Below, piece by piece: positions 26,320 through 34,601 of a stretch of DNA of 64,000 bases; the stretch's first letter is position 1; each line of letters opens with the position of its first letter. The DNA is from a virus. Taxonomy: Duplodnaviria > Caudoviricetes. Position numbers and translations under genes: made by a program. Location of the stretch: IMG/VR virus record IMGVR_UViG_3300032305_001907, positions 5,616-69,615 of that record; one strand, written 5' to 3'. The notes beneath the pieces are model-generated. The model was not told the DNA's origin, did not search any database, and saw only the letters and a program-made list of their open reading frames with translations.

Positions 26320-26606
26320 GCTCCTTTGCTCCATCGAACAATTGTGGCAACGATGTCATCGCTGGTTTCGTTGAAAAGCAGGCTTCCAATGGAATTGTCA
26401 TAGCCCATGATCATGATGCCGATGGTGTTTTCGCGGCCCATGAGAATACGGCCATCATCGCGCTTACGCAGCCAGGCCAACGAAGGAAGCAATAGCGTTG
26501 CACCGGGCTTGCCTTCGACGATGAAGCGAGCGACAAGGCTCAGGAGTTGATCTTCAGTGTGGCGGATGATAAGGCCACCAGCGTTGACTTTGAAAGAAGC
26601 AGTCAT
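26316..26606 (-). CDS. Hypothetical early protein
   Basis: 96 aa, first gene after a cassette promoter. Confidence 0.6.
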   Translation of the reverse strand: MTASFKVNAGGLIIRHTEDQLLSLVARFIVEGKPGATLLLPSLAWLRKRDDGRILMGRENTIGIMIMGYDNSIGSLLFNETSDDIVATIVRWSKGA

Positions 26607-26645
26607 GGTTTTGAAGAAGGGGGAAGCTCTCGCCTCGTTGAAACT

Positions 26646-26697
26646 ACTATACAGACTGGCGGCCCCGTTTCCGGGGCCCGTAACAAAACTTTACAAA
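26646..26697 (-). promoter_or_regulatory. Cassette promoter 1: HLR1-like repeat + hairpin + -10
   Basis: GTAACAAA-AC-TTTACAAA 26680-26697; GGCCCCG-GAAA-CGGGGCC; -10 TATAGT 26646-26651. Confidence 0.7.
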
Positions 26698-26996
26698 GAG
26701 TCTTTGGCGCCCACAGCTTTCAACCATTCTCCCACCCATGTGCCAGTAGTGGTGAAGCGAATGGTTTTTCCTTGGACAAGTCTACCGCCCATGTGATTGT
26801 AATTTGTAATAGTCACATCAAAGCAATCATTGCCTATCTTGATAGCATTAAGCACTTTCTTGCCATTGAAATTACGAGCAAAGCAATCAACAACTGAACC
26901 AAAATCGTGAATAGCGGAAGACACTTCAAAACAATTGCGAGGAGCAGAAACAATGCAGCGATCACCTGCGGGAAGAGTGGAAAGACAGAAAGCCAT
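26691..26996 (-). CDS. Hypothetical early protein
   Basis: 101 aa from MAFCLS. Confidence 0.55.
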   Translation of the reverse strand: MAFCLSTLPAGDRCIVSAPRNCFEVSSAIHDFGSVVDCFARNFNGKKVLNAIKIGNDCFDVTITNYNHMGGRLVQGKTIRFTTTGTWVGEWLKAVGAKDSL

Positions 26997-27038
26997 GATT
27001 TTCAAGGAAAGGAGGAAGCTCTCGCCCCCGTTGAAACC

Positions 27039-27091
27039 AATGTACATGCTGAAGGCCCCTGGAAATGGGGCCTGTAACAAAGCTTTACAAA
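27039..27091 (-). promoter_or_regulatory. Cassette promoter 2
   Basis: GTAACAAA-GC-TTTACAAA 27074-27091; AGGCCCC/GGGGCCT hairpin; -10 TACATT 27039-27044. Confidence 0.7.
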
Positions 27092-27093
27092 GC

Positions 27094-27426
27094 CTAGAAG
27101 CCGTAGTCGTACACCTTGCGATGGCCAGCGCGGAGCACGTTGCCCCTTTCGCGCATGCCACTACCTTGCAGCTTCCAGAGGCCAGAGGCTCTAAGCGTGA
27201 AGGTAAGAACTTGCTCTTCCAGGTCGTCAAGAATGCGCCATTCGGTAGGCTCAAGCACCACTGCAGCGAAACCACCAGGCTCCATTTTGGGCGCCTTGGC
27301 CACTTCAGTTTTGTTCACCCTCACCTTGCAGCTCTTAGGGGTGCGGGCAATGACTGTGCAGGGCTCCACGTCAGTCCAGAGCGCCCAATTGCACTGATCA
27401 CCAATTTGAGGATTGAAGGAGGTCAT
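27094..27426 (-). CDS. Hypothetical early protein
   Basis: 110 aa from MTSFNP ending GHRKVYDYGF. Confidence 0.65.
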   Translation of the reverse strand: MTSFNPQIGDQCNWALWTDVEPCTVIARTPKSCKVRVNKTEVAKAPKMEPGGFAAVVLEPTEWRILDDLEEQVLTFTLRASGLWKLQGSGMRERGNVLRAGHRKVYDYGF

Positions 27427-27469
27427 GGCTTGAGAAAAGAAGGAGGAAGCTCTCGCTCCCGTTGAACCC

Positions 27470-27521
27470 AATATATGCGCCAGTGGCCCTGTTCTTGGCG
27501 TTTGTCACAAAGCTTCACAAA
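27470..27521 (-). promoter_or_regulatory. Cassette promoter 3
   Basis: GTCACAAA-GC-TTCACAAA 27504-27521; CGCCA/TGGCG hairpin; -10 TATATT 27470-27475. Confidence 0.65.
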
Positions 27522-27545
27522 GCAACTGAACGGCAAATCAATGAG

Positions 27546-28406
27546 TCAGTAAATAATACCGCGCAAAATATGTGCTATGGCATCGACAGTCCATCCGTTG
27601 CCAATTGTTGTATATCGCTGTGTATCACTAATACCGCAATTAGTGTAAAGATTGGGAAGAGTTTGCAATTTTTCACATTCTTCTGGGGTAAGTTTTCGTA
27701 TTCTTCCATGTTGCAATACTCTTATTCCGTTATGGTTTGGCAAGGAAAGCGTCGGACTTTTTCTGTCTTGTTTAATTTTCCTGTTGTACACATCTATACA
27801 TGCTATATCTGGAGCATTTTCAAGGCTAATCTTCTTTAGCAATAAATTTACATTTACATCTTTAAGCCAATATTTGTCACTCGGGCTGACTTCCAATACG
27901 TCTTCAATATATATTTTTTTGTCAACAATAGGGGTTATTGGTATATTAGTCCAGTACAATCTTTCCCTATTTTGCGCACTAAAAAGATTGGAATTAATTT
28001 TAACAGGTTTGACGCCTAACTCCATGGAAATAATATCTTGCCATTCTTTTTTCATTCTCACGTTTTCAAATAAAAAATATTCGGGATTACATTCTTTCAG
28101 TAATTTGACATATTTATAGAATAATCCGCTCTTTCCATTGAATCCCGTATTGTTGCCAGCACTAGAAAATGATTGGCAAGGGCTCCCGCCCAGCAATAAA
28201 TTTATTTTTGGCAAACTTGCACTATCAATCAATCTGACATCGCCAAGCTGAATTGTATTTGGATGGTTGCATTGTGTCACTTGTATTGCATATTTATCAA
28301 TTTCGGAAGCATAATAAGACATATACTGAATTCCAGCTCGATTAAGTGCAACTTGACCGCAACTGATGCCATCAAACAAGGACAATACGGCATTAACTTT
28401 TACCAT
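27546..28406 (-). CDS. DNA (cytosine-5) methyltransferase
   Basis: LSLFDGISCG, GGSPCQSFS, FLFENV, AQNRERLYW, RKLTPEECEKLQ, IGNGWTV; visibly AT-rich. Confidence 0.92.
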   Translation of the reverse strand: MVKVNAVLSLFDGISCGQVALNRAGIQYMSYYASEIDKYAIQVTQCNHPNTIQLGDVRLIDSASLPKINLLLGGSPCQSFSSAGNNTGFNGKSGLFYKYVKLLKECNPEYFLFENVRMKKEWQDIISMELGVKPVKINSNLFSAQNRERLYWTNIPITPIVDKKIYIEDVLEVSPSDKYWLKDVNVNLLLKKISLENAPDIACIDVYNRKIKQDRKSPTLSLPNHNGIRVLQHGRIRKLTPEECEKLQTLPNLYTNCGISDTQRYTTIGNGWTVDAIAHILRGIIY

Positions 28407-28682
28407 TGGTAGCCCTCAAACAACGACCATTGGAATAACAATTGATTCAGCTCCTCGATAGATTGATTTTCGTAAGATTCATTGCCAATCATAAGCAAGA
28501 AAAGATTCGATGATAATTTTTCAATCACCAGGAAACCATTGGCGTAAGCCTCTTCCAACGTCTTAGGCAGCATCATTTTTGATTGAATTGCGTCCACATA
28601 GACATAAAAAATACTGCCAGACTGTGCATCTTGAATCTTAACAGAAGAATTGCAAAAATTCTGAAGTAAATTCCGGCTCATG
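28400..28682 (-). CDS. Hypothetical early protein
   Basis: ORF from MSRNLL, AT-rich like the MTase. Confidence 0.5.
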
Positions 28683-28720
28683 GTTTTGGAAAACGGTGGA
28701 CCTTTCGGCCCATTGAAAGA

Positions 28721-28772
28721 ACAATAGAACAAAAACAGACCGAGAACGGGGCCTGTAACAAAACTTCACAAA
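28721..28772 (-). promoter_or_regulatory. Cassette promoter 4
   Basis: GTAACAAA-AC-TTCACAAA 28755-28772; weak hairpin + T tract; -10 TATTGT 28721-28726. Confidence 0.65.
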
Positions 28773-28985
28773 GCGCTTGGCTGCTGAAACCCCGAGTAGT
28801 TGGTGGGCACCACACGCCAGTGTGTGGGCGATGCTGAGCAGTGCCTCACTTCTAAGCTACCAGCAGGCCAGTAGCTGCCTGTCACCTGCTTCATGGCCTC
28901 CAGGGCGTAGTCTTTAGCCCAATAGCGCACGTTCCATGGTGCCTTGTAGTCAATGGACAAATGAGGGAATGGTGAGCAGGTCATG
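28766..28985 (-). CDS. Hypothetical early protein
   Basis: ORF from about MTCSPF; stop lies inside the repeat motif; start approximate. Confidence 0.45.
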
Positions 28986-29165
28986 ATGAAGAAGCAATGG
29001 GAAAAGGGAATAACAATCAACCAACAATAGAAGACCATTCATCTTCATCAGGAAAGGCTTCATCATCCTCTCCAAACATTAAATAGCGATTGAGCGCTGT
29101 TTGTTCTTCTAGTGAAAGCGGAGTGCCAATCTTTTGCTTAAGAATGGCAGCAAGGATGTCTCCTT

Positions 29166-29420
29166 TCATTGTTCTGCAATGCCAGTGATCATCTCTTCAA
29201 TGTAGCTCTTCACTTGATGCAGCTTGCTGAGTGCATCTTGACGTTCTGCGCGAGCTTGATAGAAAGCATCGCTACCTTGTGGATAGTAATCTCTTCCGTT
29301 GAGCGTTGCATCGAGAAGTGTATTGATGCTTTCCTTTATTGCCTTGTAAGCAGCATAATACTCTGCCGTCAGAGTATCTTTGCTGGTGCCATTGAGGTGG
29401 ATGGTAGGAATGGTCGTCAT
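29166..29420 (-). CDS. Hypothetical early protein
   Basis: MTTIPTIHLNGTSKDTL...NGRDYYPQG pattern of small phage proteins. Confidence 0.65.
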   Translation of the reverse strand: MTTIPTIHLNGTSKDTLTAEYYAAYKAIKESINTLLDATLNGRDYYPQGSDAFYQARAERQDALSKLHQVKSYIEEMITGIAEQ

Positions 29421-29442
29421 GGCTTTTGGAAGGAACAAGGGA

Positions 29443-29494
29443 ACAATAGAACGGAGCGGGCCGTTTCCGGCCCTTTGTAACAATGCTTAACAGA
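29443..29494 (-). promoter_or_regulatory. Cassette promoter 5
   Basis: GTAACAAT-GC-TTAACAGA 29477-29494; GGGCCG-GAAA-CGGCCC; -10 TATTGT 29443-29448. Confidence 0.65.
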
Positions 29495-29867
29495 ACGCAG
29501 TCCGGCCATTGGAATAGGCGAACCATTCTTTCTTGCCTTTGCTGGCCTCCTTGCTGTTGGCCTCCCACTTCTCAGGAAGCTCTTCAGTTTCAATGCGCGT
29601 ACCAGCAGGCACTTGGATGGGGCCATTAAGGGTGGAAATGGTCCACTGATCGGCCACTGGCCCATTGATGTACCAAGCTTTGCAGACGTGCAGCAAACCA
29701 TTCATTTCAAGCTTGCGGGGGTTAGCAGCGCCCTCACGCACCTGACTGAAAAAGGGCTCGTGCCAATCAGGCAGGGTAACAGTGAGGTTGATGGTCTGGA
29801 GCCCGTTGAAGGCTGTGTAGGTGTCGGCGGTGGTGAGCTGCTCGACGGTGTGATTGATGCGGGCCAT
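29487..29867 (-). CDS. Hypothetical early protein
   Basis: 126 aa from MARINH. Confidence 0.6.
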   Translation of the reverse strand: MARINHTVEQLTTADTYTAFNGLQTINLTVTLPDWHEPFFSQVREGAANPRKLEMNGLLHVCKAWYINGPVADQWTISTLNGPIQVPAGTRIETEELPEKWEANSKEASKGKKEWFAYSNGRTAFC

Positions 29868-30143
29868 GGTTTGAAGCAGGAGAGCCTCTCGGCTCGAACT
29901 CCCCAACAATACAGCAAAAGGCCAGGAGCGCTAGCCCCTGGCTGATCACTGTTGCTTATCTTTACGAACGAGGAGGCTGAGTGCCAGCCACCACAATGAA
30001 CTGCTTGTTCGTGAACAGGGCCTGCAAGCTCCTGGCCTGTCGTTCAAGGGCTGAGCGATCTAAGCTGGTATCGAGCAGGCTCCAGGCGGAGCCAGTGCCG
30101 GACCATAACGACCATGCAAAAGGGCTACCAAGAAGAGTGGGCA

Positions 30144-30350
30144 TCACAGGTCAATGGGAGGAGGACTTAGTTTAAGCTGCTTCCTAATTTCGCGCTCTGT
30201 ATTACGCAAGGCCCTGTAGTCCTTGGTGCTTTTGCTTGTGACAAGTACGGAGCCAGTTGGATGCTTGAAGATCAAATGTTTGGTTTGTCTTACAAGAGCG
30301 TAGCCGTACCTTTTTGCTAGTTTAAGGATTTCCTTGTTGGCATCTTTCAT
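30144..30350 (-). CDS. HicA-like (dsRBD-fold) toxin-like protein
   Basis: EILKLAKRYGYALVRQTKHLIFKHPTG pattern with the conserved His; no HicB-like neighbour. Confidence 0.55.
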   Translation of the reverse strand: MKDANKEILKLAKRYGYALVRQTKHLIFKHPTGSVLVTSKSTKDYRALRNTEREIRKQLKLSPPPIDL

Positions 30351-30526
30351 GATTGGTGGCCGTAGGTAAGGTGACAATACTTGGCCGGATGCAAGTTGAG
30401 GCAATGGAGAAGAGCTTGGTCGTTTTTCTTCTGAGGAGAAGCGAAGGCAATGGCTGCTGCAATTAGCAGGAGATAACCAATGCCTAAGCCAGTGGCAATT
30501 ATGCGTTGCATGACAGAACAATGAAA

Positions 30527-30802
30527 TTAGAAGAAAACGTGCTGACCATTGGCCTGAATGCTGATCACACGCTCAGTATCAAACGAGCGCCATGCAGCAT
30601 TGCCTGCTTTTGCTTGGCGGAAATCACGGCAGCGGATGATGGAAGCCTTCGTAGTAGGCGAGCCAGTTCCTTTGATTTCCTGGCGGTCGCGAGGGTTAAA
30701 CTGGACGGAGCGAAGGCTGCCGTCAAGCTTGACAAAATTCACAGAGACGATGCTGCTGCCAGCGTTGTCGATGAACTTGCGGATGAAGGAGGTCTTGTCC
30801 AT
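30527..30802 (-). CDS. WYL_2/DUF2693-like SH3 beta-barrel protein
   Basis: VNFVKLDGSLR and AWRSFDTERV motifs. Confidence 0.6.
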   Translation of the reverse strand: MDKTSFIRKFIDNAGSSIVSVNFVKLDGSLRSVQFNPRDRQEIKGTGSPTTKASIIRCRDFRQAKAGNAAWRSFDTERVISIQANGQHVFF

Positions 30803-30840
30803 GGGAAAAAGTAGAGGAGGGCGTCGCTGCCCATGAGAGA

Positions 30841-30892
30841 AGAATACCAGAAAAGGGGGCCTTGCGGCCCCACTGTCACATTTCGTAACAAA
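30841..30892 (-). promoter_or_regulatory. Cassette promoter 6 (with intrinsic terminator)
   Basis: GTCACATT-TC-GTAACAAA 30875-30892; GGGGCC-GCAA-GGCCCC-CTTTTCT; -10 TATTCT 30841-30846. Confidence 0.65.
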
Positions 30893-31487
30893 GCTCCGAG
30901 AGTTCTTCCAGAAGCTGCAAGCACCAGGCTTGGCCCTTCTTGGCTAATAGCTTTTGAGCGGTGGGAGCCGGGTCTTTGAGCTGAAGCGATGGGAAGGGCG
31001 TGATGATACCTGCTTCAATAGCAGCAGCACGGGCGCTTTTAATTTCGCCAGACTTCACACGCTCCAGAGTCTCTGGTGCATCGCGGGCTAGGCGCTGCAA
31101 CAGGTAGGCCTGGGAGTTGCCGCAAGAGGAGGACCTTACATTGTCATGTCCTCCTCCCACGTGCTGGTTTTGGCCGTGTTCCGCTAATGGTTGAGTAAGT
31201 GCCACCGTTAGTTCAGTGGCATTTCTTGCCATTGAGTGCGAAGAATTGGCAACAGCACTCAAACACTTTTTAAAAAGAACTAAGTCTTTAATGCCAAGCC
31301 CACTTTTGTGCTGCATAAAATGCAACAATCCATTAAACCTCACTTCTTCGCCATTAACGGCATCTACATAATGTTCATACAATTTGCCATCAATAATTTC
31401 TCGCATGTAAAAATAAAAAGCTTCTTCACCTACGGCACTTTCGAGATCGTGAGCGAGGCTTCTGGCGGAAAATACTGTAAAACTCAT
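30876..31487 (-). CDS. Hypothetical protein, possible C-terminal DNA-binding helical domain
   Basis: 203 aa; GNSQAYLLQRLARDAPE...SARAAAIEAG; ATGA-coupled to helicase. Confidence 0.6.
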   Translation of the reverse strand: MSFTVFSARSLAHDLESAVGEEAFYFYMREIIDGKLYEHYVDAVNGEEVRFNGLLHFMQHKSGLGIKDLVLFKKCLSAVANSSHSMARNATELTVALTQPLAEHGQNQHVGGGHDNVRSSSCGNSQAYLLQRLARDAPETLERVKSGEIKSARAAAIEAGIITPFPSLQLKDPAPTAQKLLAKKGQAWCLQLLEELSELCYEM

Positions 31488-33406
31488 GCCATTTCCCTCG
31501 CCATTTCCTCAGCCATTTTTACCCACTGGCGACGCTGCTCAATTGAAGCCTTTGAGAAAGTCACTCCAGCCGCCTTAAGGCCAGCTAAACGGTTAATCTC
31601 TCCACGCACCTTCCTGAAAGCAACATCGTTATCTTCAATTTGGCGATATTTACCGCGAAAGCGAATAATATTCGTCCAGTAAATAGCCTTTTCGCTCAAG
31701 CGTTTCTGCTCTTCCTCGTAAGACAATGGCGGGTTAATTTCATCTTCAAGTGTTACGCTTAATTCTTCAACAGATACCCCTAAGCAGCGGCATTTTGAAT
31801 TGATGTCAGCAATAGCATATTCTTCTGCTTTGGCATCTCCACGAAGAAACAAGCCAAGGATGTGTTCTGCCCAATGGGAATCAATGTAGCAATCCGCAGC
31901 ATTTTCGTGGGCTTTCATTGCCTCAACAATTTCATGCCATTTTGAAAAATCTTCACTTCCGCGAAACACTCCAATACTGTTTTCACCCGATGTCACAGTG
32001 CCAGTGGCTTGCTTCTTTTTGTTGGAGTCCGTTGGTGAAACTTTGACTTCAAAACTTCTCAATAAATCCCCACAACCATCTTCCACTTGCTTTTCAATGT
32101 TGCGAGCAATGTAACGAAGCTTGGGATGGGCCGGGGCAACTACATAAGCAACAGTATCAGAGGGACTGGTGTCGGCATATTCTCCTTTCCCAATGGGAAT
32201 TCGTCGAATTGCACGTCCAACTACTTGAATAAAATACAACACGGTCAAGATCGCGCTTAAATAAGCAACAACCTTGATCTGTGGAATATCCACCCCCTCG
32301 GAAATCATTCCCACCGAAACAATTACATCGGGCTTATCGGATGCGTTCTCCCTACATTGCCTTGCAATTTTTTCAAGCTTTTTCGCCCCATTGTTATCGT
32401 CGCTAATAACCAAGGAAACCTTGTAACTAGGGCGAATCTCTTGAATATAGTTTGTAATTTTACGAGCGTCACTCATCCCCTTTGCCACGCAAAGCATTAC
32501 GCTTGCATTTTTTTGATTGCAGGACAACTCAATGTCTCCACGGGTTTTGGATAGCAAACTCAAAGCCTCATCCAGAACTCTCCGAATGGTTTGGTTGTCG
32601 CCAGGCGATTCAGTGTCTAAGTCAAAATGCAAATGTTTCCCTAACGGCTTGTCACACTTCTTTGCCCATTCTTCCCAATCTTCCACTGTTTCCCATTGCT
32701 CGCTGGGAAAATCGGGGAGATCTTTGTGAATTTCGCAAACTTTTCCATCGGGGCTACGCCAAAAAGAATCCCAAAATTTAAACTTAACGGGAACAGTTCC
32801 ACGCGTCTTGGGTTCGCGAAGATCTTGTGCATAGTCATAAGAGAAATCAGCTTTAATGCGACCTTCTTCTTGGTAATAATTTTCCCCGTGAATATTTTTT
32901 TCTCCGCAAAGAACAGCAATCTTTCCTTCGCGTTTCCATGGTGTTCCGCTAAGAAAAATAGCGTGCTCAGATAATGAAACCAGCTTGTCAACTGCATTGC
33001 CCCATTCAGCCGTATCCGCTGGATGATGAAATTCATCAATGATGGCAATTACGCCCGATAACGGGCGATTACACAAGGCTTCTTCTACTCTGGAGTAGCC
33101 AGCGTAAGTAGAAACCCAGACATTGGCATCTAACGGGAAATTAGCGTCATCTGTGACATTAACGCGATTGCCGTTAAGACGAAGGCCGTCAAATGCTTTC
33201 TTCCATCCCAGGCGAGTACCGCAGTTTGGTGTAAGAACGACAATTAGATCAGCTTTGCCATTTTCAATTTGTTGAAGTGCTGCCGTGGCGCTGCAAAGAG
33301 TTTTTCCTGATCCAGTGCAACCTTCAATCACAAAAAGCTTTCGACCTTTAGCAAACTGAGGAAGACAGGCGTTGATAGCCTCTTGTTGCCATTTACGTAA
33401 TTTCAT
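31484..33406 (-). CDS. SF2 DEAD/DEAH-box helicase (ResIII-like)
   Basis: Q motif LRKWQQEA, Walker A GCTGSGKT, IIDEFHH, LSGTP, VSVGMISEGVDIP, QVVGRAIR. Confidence 0.9.
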   Translation of the reverse strand: MKLRKWQQEAINACLPQFAKGRKLFVIEGCTGSGKTLCSATAALQQIENGKADLIVVLTPNCGTRLGWKKAFDGLRLNGNRVNVTDDANFPLDANVWVSTYAGYSRVEEALCNRPLSGVIAIIDEFHHPADTAEWGNAVDKLVSLSEHAIFLSGTPWKREGKIAVLCGEKNIHGENYYQEEGRIKADFSYDYAQDLREPKTRGTVPVKFKFWDSFWRSPDGKVCEIHKDLPDFPSEQWETVEDWEEWAKKCDKPLGKHLHFDLDTESPGDNQTIRRVLDEALSLLSKTRGDIELSCNQKNASVMLCVAKGMSDARKITNYIQEIRPSYKVSLVISDDNNGAKKLEKIARQCRENASDKPDVIVSVGMISEGVDIPQIKVVAYLSAILTVLYFIQVVGRAIRRIPIGKGEYADTSPSDTVAYVVAPAHPKLRYIARNIEKQVEDGCGDLLRSFEVKVSPTDSNKKKQATGTVTSGENSIGVFRGSEDFSKWHEIVEAMKAHENAADCYIDSHWAEHILGLFLRGDAKAEEYAIADINSKCRCLGVSVEELSVTLEDEINPPLSYEEEQKRLSEKAIYWTNIIRFRGKYRQIEDNDVAFRKVRGEINRLAGLKAAGVTFSKASIEQRRQWVKMAEEMAREMA

Positions 33407-33614
33407 GATCAAACGATGCAGATTTGAGGAGATTGCACCGTCTACAGGAAGCCACTCCATTGTCCACAGTGGTACGACCACCATGGCTAAATGGAACGAC
33501 ATGATCAATATGAGTGAGAGGTCCTGGCTGCAGCTTTTCGCCGCAATAGCAGCAAGTCCAGTGATCTCTCACAAGAATTTGCAAGCGTTGCCTTTTAGAG
33601 AACTGACGACTCAT
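33393..33614 (-). CDS. HNH endonuclease (73 aa)
   Basis: CCYCG...IDHVVPFSHGGRTTVDNGVASCRRCNLLK. Confidence 0.85.
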   Translation of the reverse strand: MSRQFSKRQRLQILVRDHWTCCYCGEKLQPGPLTHIDHVVPFSHGGRTTVDNGVASCRRCNLLKSASFDHEIT

Positions 33615-33685
33615 AGTCAAACGACATGCACAAAAGTGCATTTCCCGGACGGGATCGGCAAAACCGACTTGTAAAGCATAGCAAT

Positions 33686-33707
33686 AAAAAAGGGGGCTGT
33701 TGCCCCC
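33686..33707 (-). terminator. Intrinsic terminator after rlpA
   Basis: GGGGGC-AACA-GCCCCC followed by TTTTTT. Confidence 0.75.
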
Positions 33708-33730
33708 ATTTGCCATTTTCAAGCAAATTG

Positions 33731-34093
33731 TCAGATGCGAGCAATGCAAACCCTTGTCACGCCACTTCCCAGACTAGCAATTCGCCGGAAAGCGCCTTCT
33801 GAAAGGTCGATGATGCGGCCTGAAACGTGAGGCCCGTCATCATTCACCCGGATTGTTACCGATCGACCATTGGCCTGATTGACCACCCGCACCTTGGCGC
33901 CGAACGGAAGACTTCGATGGGCAGCAGTGAGGCCGTGGGCACTGAAGCGCTCACCACTGGCCGTGCGTTGGCCTTCAAACTCAGCTCCGTACCAACTGCT
34001 GGTGCCACAAGCAGAATAGGCATGGGCTTCTTGGGAAGCAAGGGGAATGAACAATGAAGCAGCAAGGCAAAGGCGAAAAAAAGAATGAAGCAT
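33731..34093 (-). CDS. rlpA: RlpA-family (DPBB) lytic transglycosylase with signal peptide
   Basis: GTSSWYG, TASGERF, LTAAHRSLPFG, VRVNDDGP, GRIIDLS; hydrophobic N-terminus ending AHA. Confidence 0.88.
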   Translation of the reverse strand: MLHSFFRLCLAASLFIPLASQEAHAYSACGTSSWYGAEFEGQRTASGERFSAHGLTAAHRSLPFGAKVRVVNQANGRSVTIRVNDDGPHVSGRIIDLSEGAFRRIASLGSGVTRVCIARI

Positions 34094-34365
34094 CAGGAAA
34101 GAAGAAGAATGTTAGTAGGGACTGACAGTCTCCTGCCAGCAAGGGCAATGGTAGCACGGCTCGCCCATCGCCTGTCTTGTGGTAGGATTCCTTGGTGCAA
34201 CGTTGGTCCTGAAGGTTTAACCACCTTCCCTGGCAGCAGGCCCGTAAGGGCGGACGGGGTTGATTAGCGTGAAAGTGTCCGCAAGGCCTTTCTCCCGTGC
34301 ATGGTTCGGGGTAGGGGCGCTAGTCTCATGACAATGAAAACGCCTCATCGGAAGCGTTGCATAGA

Positions 34366-34391
34366 GAAAGGGCCGAAAGGCCCTTTCCTTT
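34366..34391. terminator. Strong hairpin/terminator
   Basis: GAAAGGGCC-GAAA-GGCCCTTTC perfect 9-bp stem. Confidence 0.7.
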
Positions 34392-34409
34392 TAGCTTGTT
34401 GTGGGAAGT

Positions 34410-34601
34410 TTAGTTAATAGTGGAAGACAAAAACACTTTTATTGTTTGCCCATCGTCCTGCAAACTAACCTGCACGTTAGAGCATTCATAACGAACCAGT
34501 TCTCGGCCATTGTTAGTAATAACCTCCACGCGAGTCACTTGAGGGTAACTATAGAGAAAATCACCGTTTGGCATCAGTAAGTTTCCGCTCATTTTCCCCA
34601 C
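34410..34601 (-). CDS. Hypothetical protein
   Basis: ~60 aa, VTRVEVI...LQDDGQTIKVF. Confidence 0.55.
   Translation of the reverse strand: MGKMSGNLLMPNGDFLYSYPQVTRVEVITNNGRELVRYECSNVQVSLQDDGQTIKVFLSSTIN

Noticed and set aside
26680-30892. NtcA boxes as the explanation for the repeated motif
   Set aside because: Spacing is GTA-N9-TAC at best rather than GTA-N8-TAC, and several copies lack the dyad; the conserved feature is the direct repeat
33543-33585. Seventh HLR1-like cassette promoter (CTCACAAG-AA-TTTGCAAG)
   Set aside because: Weak match, lies inside the HNH coding sequence, and spacing to a -10 is inconsistent with the other six
34120-34330. Cobalamin riboswitch or hammerhead ribozyme
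   Set aside because: Only fragments (CAGGAGAC, CCGATGAG) resemble the consensus; core conserved elements are missing
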